Shown here: positions 48,335 through 59,800 of the stretch, piece by piece
How positions within the stretch are numbered: position 1 is the stretch's first letter
How the letters are laid out: each line of letters begins with the position of its first letter
Notes under the pieces: generated by a model
What the model was told of the DNA's origin: nothing
The model's database searches: none
Seen by the model: the letters and a program-made list of their open reading frames with translations, nothing else
Assembly: GCA_035293285.1 (NCBI GenBank)
Contig: DATDOM010000084.1
Coordinates: forward strand, 1-61,586
Reading direction: 5' to 3'
Length of the DNA: 61,586 nucleotides
Source of the DNA: Candidatus Nanoarchaeia archaeon
Lineage (GTDB): Archaea; Nanobdellota; Nanobdellia; Woesearchaeales; GW2011-AR4
Made by a program: the position numbers and the translations under genes

Positions 48335-50728
48335 ATGAAAAAACAAAAAATTATCTTTGCAATGCAAATAACGGCACTTGTGCTTATTGCATTATTTGTA
48401 ATATCCTGTAATCAGGCTGCAAAAACTGACGGCGGCACTGATGTGAAGCCCGGCGGTAAACTTGTCACAACTGACAATGCAGGAACCGGTACAAACAACG
48501 GCGGTGTCAATAATCTTGAATCAACCCAGGACTTGAAAAAGTTTACTTCAAGGCAGGACATAATCGAGTTTATTGAGAATTCTGCCAAGAATTCCGGCGG
48601 AACAGGCTATTATGCTTACGGCGGCGCTTCAAGAAATACAATGGCCACACTTTCAATGGAAAGTGCAGGTGCTGCTCCAATGGCAAAATCAGCAGGCATG
48701 GCAGCAGATTCAGGCGCTTCACAGTCTTCGGGTGCAAGCGATTATTCAAGCACAAACGTGCAGGTAAAAGGAGTTGACGAAGCTGATTTTGTGAAAAACG
48801 ACGACAAATACATTTACACAATTACTCAGAACAAGCTTGTGATTGTTGATGCTTACCCTGCGACGAATGCAGAAAAAGTTTCTGAAACAGAAATAAAGGG
48901 AAGGCCAAGAAACATGCTTGTCAATGGAGACCGGCTTGTGATTTTTTCTGATGACAACAGCGAGGCTTACACAATTTATCAGTATGACTTTGTTCCAAGG
49001 CCAAGCTATGCGCAGACAACACACGCTTATGTTTATGACATCTCAGACAGGTCAGATCCAAAATTACTGAAAGATTACAACATGAACGGCTATTATCTTG
49101 AATCAAGGATGATAAAGGACTATGTTTATTTCATTGTCCAGGACAACGTGAACTACTACAACAGGATTCTGAATGTGCCGATGGTAAAATCAGCAACAAA
49201 CGTGATTGTCGAGCCTGAAGTGTTTTATTTTGACAACCCTGAAACAAACTACAATTTCAACACTGTAGCTTCATTTGATATTTTTGGCGACGACAATGAC
49301 GTGAACGCAAAAACCTTCATGATGGGATACGCGGGCACAATTTATGTTTCAGAAAACAACATCTACATTGCATACCAAAAAAGCTTCCCTTACTATTATT
49401 ATGACAACCAGAATGAAGACAGGTTTTACAAGGTTGTAGTACCATTACTTACAAATGATGCACAAAACAAAATCAACGACCTAAAAGATGACAAGTCCTT
49501 GGATGCTTTTGGAAAATGGGATAAAATATCCTCAGTCCTTGAAGATATGTACAATGACATGGACAAGGATGGCAGGGAATCCATGGTCAACAGGATAAAT
49601 GATGCAGTCGAAGAATATGAATCGAGGCTTGAAGTTGAAAGAAGAAAGACCATAATTCACAGGATTGCAATTGACTCAGGAAAAATTGAACACAAGGCAA
49701 AAGGAGAAGTTTCAGGATATCTGCTTAACCAGTTTTCAATGGACGAGAACGACGGCAATTTGAGAGTTGCAACTACTTTTGAGTTTTATGGAAGAAGCCC
49801 GATAATGTTTGCAGAAAAAGGAATTGCAGTAGCAGAAGCAAGTGTTTCTTCAGCTTCCCCTGTAAGTGCATCAGCTGTTGCAGAATCATCTGATTCAAAA
49901 ATAGCAATGCCGGTGCCTATAACCAGAAATGAAAATGTGATGTACAACAATGTCTATGTATTAAACGAAGACATGGAACAGATTGGCGCACTTGAAGCGC
50001 TTGCTTTTAATGAAAGGATTTATTCGACAAGATTCATAGGTGACAGGCTTTACATGGTAACTTTCAAAAGAGTTGACCCGTTGTTTGTAATTGACCTGTC
50101 AAATCCTCAAAAACCTGAAGTGCTTGGGCAGCTCAAGATTCCCGGATTTTCAGATTACCTCCACCCATACGACGAGGACCACATAATCGGAATCGGAAAG
50201 GAAACTGAAGGAAATGAATGGGGCGGAGTTTCAGTAAAAGGCGTGAAGATTGCACTCTTTGACGTATCTGACGTTGAAAACCCAAAACAGCTTGCAAAGT
50301 ATGAAATCGGCGATTCAGGAACTGACTCAGAAGCACTGCGCGATCATAAGGCATTTTTGTTTGACCTGAAAAAAAACCTTCTGGTTATACCAATAACTGA
50401 AATAGACGGAAAGCCGGTTTATGACTCAAAGCTTGGGTATTACAGGCAGAACATGTGGCAGGGAGCTTATGTGCTTGATGTTTCACTTGACGGGTTTAAA
50501 GTCAAGGGAAAAATAACACACAACGACGGCAATGAAAGACAGGATTACTACTGGTATGGCTCTCCCAATTCAGTGAGAAGGTCACTTTTCATGGACAACG
50601 TGCTTTACACAGTATCTTCCGGAGAGATAAAAGCAAACGACCTTGACGATGTCGATAATGAGCTTGCTGAAGTGAAGCTGCCGTTTGAAGAGCAGAAAAT
50701 TTATGACTACCCGATTTACTGGCGATAA
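48335..50728 (+). CDS. secreted beta-propeller domain protein (COG4880 / Beta_propel family)
   Basis: GGAGG lies 8 nt upstream of the ATG at 48335. The signal peptide is lipobox-like (LFVISC). NVQVKGVDEADFVKNDDKYIYT and FIGDRLYMVTFKRVDPLFVIDLSNPQKPEVLGQLKIPGFSDYLHPYDEDHIIGIGKE match the family. Confidence 0.75.
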   Translation: MKKQKIIFAMQITALVLIALFVISCNQAAKTDGGTDVKPGGKLVTTDNAGTGTNNGGVNNLESTQDLKKFTSRQDIIEFIENSAKNSGGTGYYAYGGASRNTMATLSMESAGAAPMAKSAGMAADSGASQSSGASDYSSTNVQVKGVDEADFVKNDDKYIYTITQNKLVIVDAYPATNAEKVSETEIKGRPRNMLVNGDRLVIFSDDNSEAYTIYQYDFVPRPSYAQTTHAYVYDISDRSDPKLLKDYNMNGYYLESRMIKDYVYFIVQDNVNYYNRILNVPMVKSATNVIVEPEVFYFDNPETNYNFNTVASFDIFGDDNDVNAKTFMMGYAGTIYVSENNIYIAYQKSFPYYYYDNQNEDRFYKVVVPLLTNDAQNKINDLKDDKSLDAFGKWDKISSVLEDMYNDMDKDGRESMVNRINDAVEEYESRLEVERRKTIIHRIAIDSGKIEHKAKGEVSGYLLNQFSMDENDGNLRVATTFEFYGRSPIMFAEKGIAVAEASVSSASPVSASAVAESSDSKIAMPVPITRNENVMYNNVYVLNEDMEQIGALEALAFNERIYSTRFIGDRLYMVTFKRVDPLFVIDLSNPQKPEVLGQLKIPGFSDYLHPYDEDHIIGIGKETEGNEWGGVSVKGVKIALFDVSDVENPKQLAKYEIGDSGTDSEALRDHKAFLFDLKKNLLVIPITEIDGKPVYDSKLGYYRQNMWQGAYVLDVSLDGFKVKGKITHNDGNERQDYYWYGSPNSVRRSLFMDNVLYTVSSGEIKANDLDDVDNELAEVKLPFEEQKIYDYPIYWR

Positions 50729-50775
50729 GCCGGTAAGTTTTATTTTTTATTTTGGGCAACAATGAGAGGGTTAAT

Positions 50776-52374
50776 ATGAAAAACAAAAATGGTAGTTGGA
50801 GTGAAATAAATTTTGGCATCATCTTAGCCACTCTTTTTATTTTGATTTTTTCAAACATTGCTTTCGCAGAATCGATTTCAATTAGCCCATCGCAAATTAC
50901 AGTTTCTTCGTCATCTTCAGTTTCCCCCTCTGGAATTTCAGCCTCTGCCGGCGGAGGAATTGAAAGTGGAAAACCAACTCCTGCTCTTCCGCTTTGCGGA
51001 AACGGAATCTGCGAAGACGGGGAATATGACCATTGCCCAAGTCCCGGTTCAGGCGCATGCCCAAACCAGGAGGACTTTTGTTCCGGCTGCTACAAAGGAA
51101 CCTGCCCGCAGGACTGTAAAAAAAATGACAAGGATTATTTTGAAGTGAAAGTCCCTTCCACTTTCAGGCTTTTGGTCGGGGAAAGGGCTAAAGTTTTAAA
51201 CTATCAGGATATTGAAATAAGATTAAAAAATGTTATTTCGGGCGAGACACAAGTGTGCCCTGCTGATGCAAAGCTTTGCCCCGACGGGACAATCGTTGGA
51301 AGAATAGGTTCAGACTGTGATTTTGATTTATGCCCTTCACAAAGTGAGGATACAAATACTGGCCAAAGAACGGCTTGCTCAATGGATCCCAAGGAATGCC
51401 AGGATGGATCTTTTGTTAGAAGGGTTCCTCCAAGCTGTAATTTTGCAGCATGTCCTGGAGAAACTCAAGTACCCAATGACATAATAATCAAGCCCTCTGT
51501 TCCTGTTTCAATTAAGAAATCTTCAATTGCCCATATAGAAGTAACAACACCCGGAGGATGCGGGCTGGATGCAGATCCAAGCTGCTTAGGACCTCCAGCC
51601 TACCATGCTGAATTGAAATTATCAGAAGGCGAAAATGCAGAAGTTTTAGGAATTAACATAAAGGCATTTGATATTTATGATAACACTGCTTATTTTGAAG
51701 TTTCTTTTGCAGGTTCAAATCCCGGATGCAATGCTGATTTATGCAAAACTTACATCTGCTGTAAAGGCGATAACTGCCCGCTTGGCCTTCCAAAAGAATG
51801 CGGCACTTGCACGCAGTCAATTTGCAACTCGGATGCCCCAGTCTGCGATAAAGTGGGCACAAAGGAAGAAGGATGGTACAGGAATGGAAATCTGGTAAAC
51901 TATGACAAATGCGCGTGCACAGCTGTTTGCAAAAACACCGGAAAAGGCAAAGGTTACTTTAATTCCTGCAACGGCAATTTCATCCAGTTTGCAGACTGCT
52001 ATCCTCAGGAAAGCATCAGCGTAACTATCGGCACAAAAAAAGTTGAAGTTGTGCAGGATTCTTCAAATGAGTTTGTGTCTGTCAAGTCAGAAGCAACTGC
52101 CACAACCAAAGAGACTGTTTTGGTTGAAGACAACAAACTAAAACTTTCAACTGACTCTGGCGCCAAGGAGATAATGCTTCCTGAAGACGCAAAGCAAAAA
52201 GCAATTGATTCTGCAAAGCTGACAGAAGTCAGCAGTATAGAGCTTAAGCAGGAAAACGGCAAGGCAGTCTATGAAGTTGAGGGAAAATTTAAATCCTACT
52301 TTTTGTGGATATTCCCTCAAAGCAAGGATATAACTGTGAAAGTTGATGCAGAGATAAATGGAGTTGCGGAATAA
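50776..52374 (+). CDS. secreted cysteine-rich protein
   Basis: The signal peptide is ILATLFILIFSNIAFA/E. The protein has more than 35 Cys, including two tandem 4-Cys modules of the form C-x-x-D-x-K-x-C-x-DG-x-x-V-x-R-x(4-5)-C-x-F-x-x-CP. Confidence 0.55.
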   Translation: MKNKNGSWSEINFGIILATLFILIFSNIAFAESISISPSQITVSSSSSVSPSGISASAGGGIESGKPTPALPLCGNGICEDGEYDHCPSPGSGACPNQEDFCSGCYKGTCPQDCKKNDKDYFEVKVPSTFRLLVGERAKVLNYQDIEIRLKNVISGETQVCPADAKLCPDGTIVGRIGSDCDFDLCPSQSEDTNTGQRTACSMDPKECQDGSFVRRVPPSCNFAACPGETQVPNDIIIKPSVPVSIKKSSIAHIEVTTPGGCGLDADPSCLGPPAYHAELKLSEGENAEVLGINIKAFDIYDNTAYFEVSFAGSNPGCNADLCKTYICCKGDNCPLGLPKECGTCTQSICNSDAPVCDKVGTKEEGWYRNGNLVNYDKCACTAVCKNTGKGKGYFNSCNGNFIQFADCYPQESISVTIGTKKVEVVQDSSNEFVSVKSEATATTKETVLVEDNKLKLSTDSGAKEIMLPEDAKQKAIDSAKLTEVSSIELKQENGKAVYEVEGKFKSYFLWIFPQSKDITVKVDAEINGVAE

Positions 52375-52403
52375 ATTTATTTTTTTATTTAACACGATCA
52401 AAA

Positions 52404-52721
52404 ATGGACTGGAAAGAATTTTTCAAGCCTACTGTTGGGAAAATATTGGCTATTTTACTAATCTCTTTTGCAGCATTTTTTATCAATATCCTGGCATTGC
52501 AACAACCCTGCAATTGGAGAGAGATATGCCCAGATTACATAAGGACAGGAATTATAACAGCCCATCCAAATTTTTACAACCCTGCCGGATGCGGGTATGG
52601 CATAGGATACATCTGCTGGAAATCTTCATGGTCGATTTCAACTCTGATTTTTGATTTAATAATCTGGATTGCATTGAATTTTTTTGTTTTATTGTTTATT
52701 AATAAATTCAAGAAAAAATAA
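52404..52721 (+). CDS. small membrane protein with Cys-containing loop
   Basis: It has two hydrophobic helices flanking a loop with 4 Cys, and lies immediately downstream of the Cys-rich protein gene. Confidence 0.4.
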   Translation: MDWKEFFKPTVGKILAILLISFAAFFINILALQQPCNWREICPDYIRTGIITAHPNFYNPAGCGYGIGYICWKSSWSISTLIFDLIIWIALNFFVLLFINKFKKK

Positions 52722-52791
52722 CTATTGCAAAATAATTTTTCTATTTTACCAGACAAAAAAATTCTTAAATCCAACTTAATTACCAGATTTT

Positions 52792-53031
52792 ATGGATGGA
52801 AGAAGGCTAAGGCTAATTGAGAGATTGTCTCCTTTAAGAAAAGGGCTTGAGCGCAATGTCTCATTGGATGAATCTGAAATCCTTAACATTCATCCCTGCG
52901 GCGAAATTAGAAAAGGCTGCCCTGTTTACTGCATTTGGACAAAAGAAGATGTCATATTATATTATTTGAGGCAAAATGGGCAGCTTAATTACGCCGGAAC
53001 GGATGTAAACTTTAAGCGTTACAGAAAATGA
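52792..53031 (+). CDS. hypothetical small protein (79 aa)
   Basis: ORF only. No motif and no clear RBS. Confidence 0.25.
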   Translation: MDGRRLRLIERLSPLRKGLERNVSLDESEILNIHPCGEIRKGCPVYCIWTKEDVILYYLRQNGQLNYAGTDVNFKRYRK

Positions 53032-53130
53032 TTCTAATTAATTAATCAGTTAATTATTTAAATATCTTAATCTGTGATTTATTTGCGGGAGTTGAGACTT
53101 TACTATTAAAATAGGACTTATTTTTATTCT

Positions 53131-53302
53131 AAATATGTATTTGTCTTGATATTTTAATTAAAAGTATGTATAAATTCTATTAAAGTTGTATTATTTCTAT
53201 TGAAATTCTTGTATTTACACTAAGGATATGTATTTTTTATGATTTAATATGTAAAAATACAAATATTTATATATAGATTAAATCAAAATTTACATAATAC
53301 AT
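53131..53302. promoter_or_regulatory. very AT-rich upstream region with reiterated TGTAT/ATACA motifs
   Basis: ATGTAT, GTATGTATA, TTGTATTA, TTGTATTTAC, ATATGTATTTT, ATATGTAAAAATACAAATAT (TGTA-N4-TACA) and TACATAATACATATG recur at roughly 17-30 nt spacing, ending at the ATG of the tandem-HTH gene. Confidence 0.4.
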
Positions 53303-53854
53303 ATGAAAAGAGGGATTTTAGCTGAAAATAAGGGTGAAGTTCCTAGTTCCATCTCTTTAAACCTCAAAAAAAATTTGGATGCCCTTGATGTTTTTATCAA
53401 TAACATTTCAGATAAATACTCAATTTCTTTTGACGAAGTCATTTCGATGCTCAAGAAAAAAGACGAGGATTTTTTTGAAATCCCTTCATTTATTCTGCGC
53501 GATGAAAACCTTGGAATCCTTGAAGCTGTCACAAAATACCTCAAGGAAGAATTTGGCTTGACTTACCACAAGATTGCAAAGCTCCTAAACCGTGATGACC
53601 GGGTTGTGTGGGTTACATACAATAAGGCATCAAAAAAGAAAAAAGAAAAATTCTCAGTCGGCGAGCCAAACATTATGATTCCTGTTTTTGTTTTTTCAAA
53701 CACCTTTTTTGGGCCGCTTGAATCACTTTCAAAATACCTTGTTGAAGAGAAAAAAATGGACTTTATCTCAATCTCAAAATTGCTCAAGCGCGACAACCGC
53801 TCAATATGGGCATGCTATCACCGCTCAAAATCCAAATCACTTTTAACCAAATGA
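53303..53854 (+). CDS. tandem helix-turn-helix protein (two sigma70-region-4-like repeats)
   Basis: The two repeats are LGILEAVTKYLKEEFGLTYHKIAKLLNRDDRVVWVTYNKASKKKK and GPLESLSKYLVEEKKMDFISISKLLKRDNRSIWACYHRSKSK. An ATGA overlap joins it to the giant ORF. Confidence 0.55.
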   Translation: MKRGILAENKGEVPSSISLNLKKNLDALDVFINNISDKYSISFDEVISMLKKKDEDFFEIPSFILRDENLGILEAVTKYLKEEFGLTYHKIAKLLNRDDRVVWVTYNKASKKKKEKFSVGEPNIMIPVFVFSNTFFGPLESLSKYLVEEKKMDFISISKLLKRDNRSIWACYHRSKSKSLLTK

Positions 53855-56800
53855 AAAAAATAATCAAAAACGCACGCGAAAAAATAAAATACAAACTGCT
53901 TGATTACAGGCTAAACTCTGCGCTGAGAAAGGCAAAAAATGAAAGAAATTTTCCAATAGTTTCATTGAGAAATTTTGTAAGCTCCAATTACTACATTGCA
54001 ATTGCAATTCTTATTGTTGCATTTCTGGCAATAACACCGTACCTTGCAAGAATTTCAAGCCTGCCTTCAGGACCGATTGCCATCTCACTTGACTACAACT
54101 CCGGAACCAATTTTGACGAGAATGACGACGGCATCGAGCAGACCACAGGAGTTGTTGACTTCAGCCTGAAAAGTTCGCTGATAGACCCTGAGCTTGAGAA
54201 TACAAAACTTTCGGCAAAATGGGAGGTATATTCCCTTGATGACGGGACACTTACAACATTATGCCACGGCTCAGATGACGGATGCAGCTTCATAGGATTA
54301 AAATCCTCGTCAGAAAACTGGAATGACGCATTTTACCTGTATTACGGAAAAGACGGCGCAACTGAAAACAACATAGTAAGCGCTATGATTTTTTACTTTA
54401 ATTCAAGCGAAAGTACAGCAAGCACTCCGACAATATATTATTCAGGATGGCTAAACAGGTCGGCAACATTCCTGCCTGAAAAAATAACTTCAATTTGGGG
54501 CATTGAGCATACTTTGAATTGTGACGGGTGCGAGGGCAATAAAGTTCCGGAACAAACCAATGTAGAGATAAAAATAAGGGTTAACGGAAACATTACAAAC
54601 GAGACTTTTGAGTATTATTATCCGCCAAATTTGGAATATGGCGAAAATAATCCCTTGCAATGGGCAGAATTTAATTCAAGCCATAACATAATTCTCTGGA
54701 ACCTTGAAAATGTTGAAAACTCGGTAGAGCGGATTTTTGAATTCAAAAGCCCATTTTACAATAATGGCTCAAATGAATCCAATAACTACAATTTCCAGTA
54801 CTCAATCAAGAATCTTTCAGGAACCTATGATTTTATTGTGGTTCCGCTTAACAATACAGAAATAAACCTGTCAATGAACATTACACTCAACATAAGCACA
54901 AACCTCACTTTGATGAACATTTCCAATATTACTGAAAATGCTGCGCCCGTCTGCAATCTTCCTTTTGTCAGCATCTTAAAAAACACAGAATCACAAATCA
55001 ATCTTGATGAATACTGCACTGATGCCGAAGGGGACAAAATAGAATACTCATCCGGCTTGGCTGAAAACATCAGTGTCAATCTTTTCAACAGTACGCTTGC
55101 ATTGACTCCTGACATAAACTTTACCGGAATCAGATACTTGATTATTACGGCAAATGACAGCATTAATCATTCCTCATATAATCTCACACTTGGAGTTTTA
55201 GACGAAATTCTTCAAAAGCCTGTTTGCACACTGATTCCAAACATAACAATTGAAAAAAACAGCAACTTTACAATGAATTTGGGAGATTTCTGCAGCGATG
55301 CATCAAACAGCACACTTTACTTCTCATCGTATGAGACTGAAAATATTGAAGTTGGAATAAGCGGAAGTGATGCAATTATTATTCCAATCATAAACTTTAC
55401 AGGAACTGAGTTCATGTTCTTCACTGTAAACAATTCAAAATCAGTAACTGTGACAAATGTTTTCAGGATTGATGTGACTGAGATGAGCGAATCTGAAACT
55501 GTTATCCAGCTTGATGCGGAAATAAACAGGCCTGTGAAGTGGCAGAAAAAAGTGAAATATGGGGCTGAAAAGCAGACAGCAGAAATTAATGTCCCGAAAG
55601 ATGCGTTTAACATAAAAGTGATGAATTCCAAAGATGATTCAGTTTTAGATATTGAAGCTTCCAAAATAACAGTTGACGACAATGGCATTTCAAAAGGCCT
55701 TGATGAGTATGAAACCGATAAGCAGATTGACCTTCTTAACAAAAAGCTGAAAAGAACTTCTGACAAATTTAAAAAGTCAGAGATACAGTCAAGACTTTCC
55801 GAATTTGAAGACAAGAAATCATCAATCGGCAGGGCCAGAAACAAGCCTTTTTTCTCATCAATAATAGGTATTTTTGCAAATCAAGAAGAGCAGGCCGATG
55901 AAAACAAGATAATCATAAATGAATCAGCAAAAGAGCTTTTGGTTGAGTTTGAGACAGAAGGCCCTGAAAAAGAAGAGTCTTTTGACGGAAAAACCAGGAC
56001 TGTGAAAATATATTCTGATTTGCATTACGAGAATGTTCTGGCATACACAGATATTCCGGATGCGCAGGCTTATACTATCAACATCCAGTGGATAAATAAC
56101 GGGACAAACGTGCCTTTCACAAACTACACTTTGCTTGACATGAACTCAAACGGGCTTCCTGACAGGATAGAGTGGAGAGTGCCGCACCTTTCAAACCAGA
56201 CTTTTGAAATTGGCCTGCAGATTTTAAACGTGCAGAGCTATCCCATTGTAGGCGGAAACTGGACAGTCTCATTTAACACACTCGGGACTTCAAACCTTAC
56301 AATATCGGCGCAAAGCCCGACATCATATTCCGAGAAGGCAATTGACAAAACAGCAACCTTTAACGATTTAGATGTCCTTGAAATAAAATGCAACTCAACA
56401 ATTTTATTCAATTATGGCCTTGGAATAATCAGCGCAAATGTCTACTTAGTAAATGGGACGGGCCAGAGGCTTAAGATAAATGACACAATGGGAAAATCTG
56501 CAAACATAAAATCCGTTTTTGTGCAGGATTACAACTGCGACAACCAGACAGGATACTTGACTGTGAGAGTCTTGTCTCAGGGAGTGCATATCCAAAGATT
56601 TGATTTTGGAAACCTGACAGCTTATGCAAATAATTATGCCCTAAGCGGCCCTGTATTCCTTGATGACACTGATATTGATTTTAGCAACAGCGCTTTGTTC
56701 AGGACTAACATCTCAGGCAGCGGCGCTGGCGCAAATGTCACCTTAAATTACACAATAGAAAACACGTTCCAGGTTTACAACATGTCAGGCAACTTTACTT

Positions 56801-59800
56801 CAAGAATTTTTAATACAGGACAGAACCATACTGTTTTTGACAAGATTGCATGGGAGCCACTCCTTCCAAACTCAAGCGAAGTAGTCGGCTACACATCCCA
56901 CACAACTGCAGGCGACATCGCAGTCTTCTACAGAAACGGAAGCTTCGCAGTAAACCTGACAACTGCAGCATTAACTGCAAATATCGGCTTTCGGGAAGGC
57001 GGATTAAGAAGATACACAATTCCAGCAGGATTTGATTACAATGACATAATAGGATTTGCATCAAGGGACCAGACAACTGACGAGTTCGTGTTTTACATAA
57101 ACGGAAGCACGTCTGCAGACACAACGCAGGCTGACTACACTTCGGACATAGCATACGCAAACGGGCAAAACACCTGGACAATTCCCGCAGGATTTAATGC
57201 AACTGAAATAATTGACTTTGAAATAAACTCAGATGGCACAGATTCCGCGGTGTTTTTCAAGAACGGAACATTCATAGTTGCAGCTGCAGAAACTCCTCCT
57301 TTGGCATTTGCGACAGTAAGATTATATACAGTTCCGGCGGGCTTCAACACAAGGGACATAATCGGATTTTCCTATCACGAGGGTGCAAACGACGTAGTTG
57401 CATTCTTCAGAAACGGAACGATTATTTCTGACACAGCCCAGCTGAATTTTGGCTCGGATATAGCGTTTGCCACAGTGCTTAATTCAATTTATCCGACTGA
57501 CTTGAACCTTACTGAAACTACAAACATAACTTTGCAGACAAGAATAAGCAATGACAGTACTACGTTCACAAACTGGAGCAGCGTTTATATTGATCCAAGC
57601 GGAGCCCAGACACTTGATGCACAATACGGAAAATTCATCCAGTACAGGGCTGCATTTTATTCACCCTGGGAATACATCACCCCATTCCTGCAAAATGTTT
57701 CAATAAACTACACGCTTGACCTTTTGTTAACGTCAATAAATGCTTCAATAAATAATACGTCGCCCCGAATAGGAATGAACATAAACATCACTGCAAACCT
57801 AAGCGATGTTTCAGGAGTGTTTTTATGCCAGTTCATTGACAACCAGTCTCTAAACGGCGCAAAGAGGTCCTTTAATTTTACACTTTCACAAAACGATGGA
57901 AAATGCTCCCAGAATTTCACCATTTCAAGAAGCCGCGGCAATGTGATAAATTTTTCAGCTGTAGGCTACGACATTTACAATAATACAAACCAGACTGATT
58001 TCATAATAACTGTTGCAAACACTGATGTGGGCACGCCTACAATACTTTATCCGATAAACCAAAGCTTTGTAAGCCAGCAGCCTCTTCCATTTAACGTTAC
58101 ATTTCCCGGAGATGCTGACGGCGACCCGATAGACATAACGTTTTACATTAATGGAATAATAAACCAGACTACGCAGATAAACACGACATTTAACGCAAGC
58201 GACGGAACTTACATCCTGAATGTCAGCATTTCTGACGGATTTTCAGTTTCACAAAATGTCTCAATAAATTTTACTTTGGATACAACACTTCCTTCAATCA
58301 ACGGCAGCCTTAACAAATCTCCTGATTCAATCCGGACAGGAAATTCAATCAATGCCACTTTCAATGCAACGGATAATACAGGCCTTGACACGGGACAAAT
58401 ACTTGTCAATGACACAGGCATTGTCAGGATATTTAATTTCTCATTAAACGGAGTCAAAAATGCCCAATTTTCCCAGAACATAACGATAAGCTGCACAAGG
58501 GGGTGTGTTGTAAACATTACAGGAATTGTTAATGACAGTGTTAATGGGATGAGGCAGAACTCAACAGTATTCACAGTTGGAAACACTGCTCCGGCAGCCC
58601 CGACAATTTTATTCCCCACGCAGGACTTGTACACTTCAAGGCAGCCACTTCCAATCAATGTAACATTTCCTGCAGATGCCGACAATGACCCTATTACAAT
58701 AAGATACTACATTAATGGAATTCCGAACGGGACTTCACTAGTAAACACGACATTTAATGCAAGCGACGGCTATTACATCCTCAATGTCAGCCTTTTTGAC
58801 GGATTTGACTCAGGACCTAACGCAACAGTCAACTTTACTCTTGACACAACGCCGCCTTCAGTAATGCTCGTTTATCCGGAAAACGCGACTTACAACACAA
58901 GCGGATTTTTGCAGATGTCCTACACTGCAACTGACCAGTTAATAAGCCAATGCCAGCTTTACACAAACTTTTCAGGAGTATGGAAGCTTAACCAGACAAA
59001 CTTGACTCTTGCAAGCGGCGTTTTAAGCTTCTTTAACCGGACTCAAAATACTGAAGGAAGATTTGCCTGGGATGTTTTTTGCAATGACACATTAGGAAAC
59101 TCAAGATTTAATTCAAGCAACTTCACGGTCATTGTTGATGTAACTTTCCCAAAGATTGAGTTTGCAAATCCAACACCGCAAAACAACTCAAACCTTTCTT
59201 CGCCGACACAAATATTCAACGTGACTTATTTTGAGAACAATCCTGGTACTTTGATATTTTCCCTAAACGGCTCATTGCCGAATGAATCAATGAATTATTA
59301 TAACGGGCCTTTGAATTTCACGAACCTGACAAAAACAGGATTGTACGGCACCTACGACTTTTACTTCTGGGCCAATGACAGTGTCGGAAGAAACAACCAG
59401 ACGGAAATAAGGACAATAAACATTGACACAGGATTTCCAAGAGTATCCCTTGAAGCGCCCCTGAACAATACATGGAACAATTCAGAGCCACAATTATTCA
59501 CTTACATCCCAACTGATTATTTTACCGGCGTGAAAAACTGCAGCATAGTGTTTGACACAGGCGCAGTTATTTCAACTAACATCACAAGCGGCAATCTTAC
59601 CGGCACTTATGCGGATTTTGGCGGCAACTATACAAACATTACGGGAAAAAACGACAACTCCTTTTGGTTTTTTGGGCAGGTAAACACTGATGGGCTTCCG
59701 TTTGTAATTGACGCAAGCGCGAACATAACTTTTAATGCAAGCGGCATAAATCCGAGCATAGTAAAAAGCCTTGACTTTGACATAAGCTACTGCCACAGCG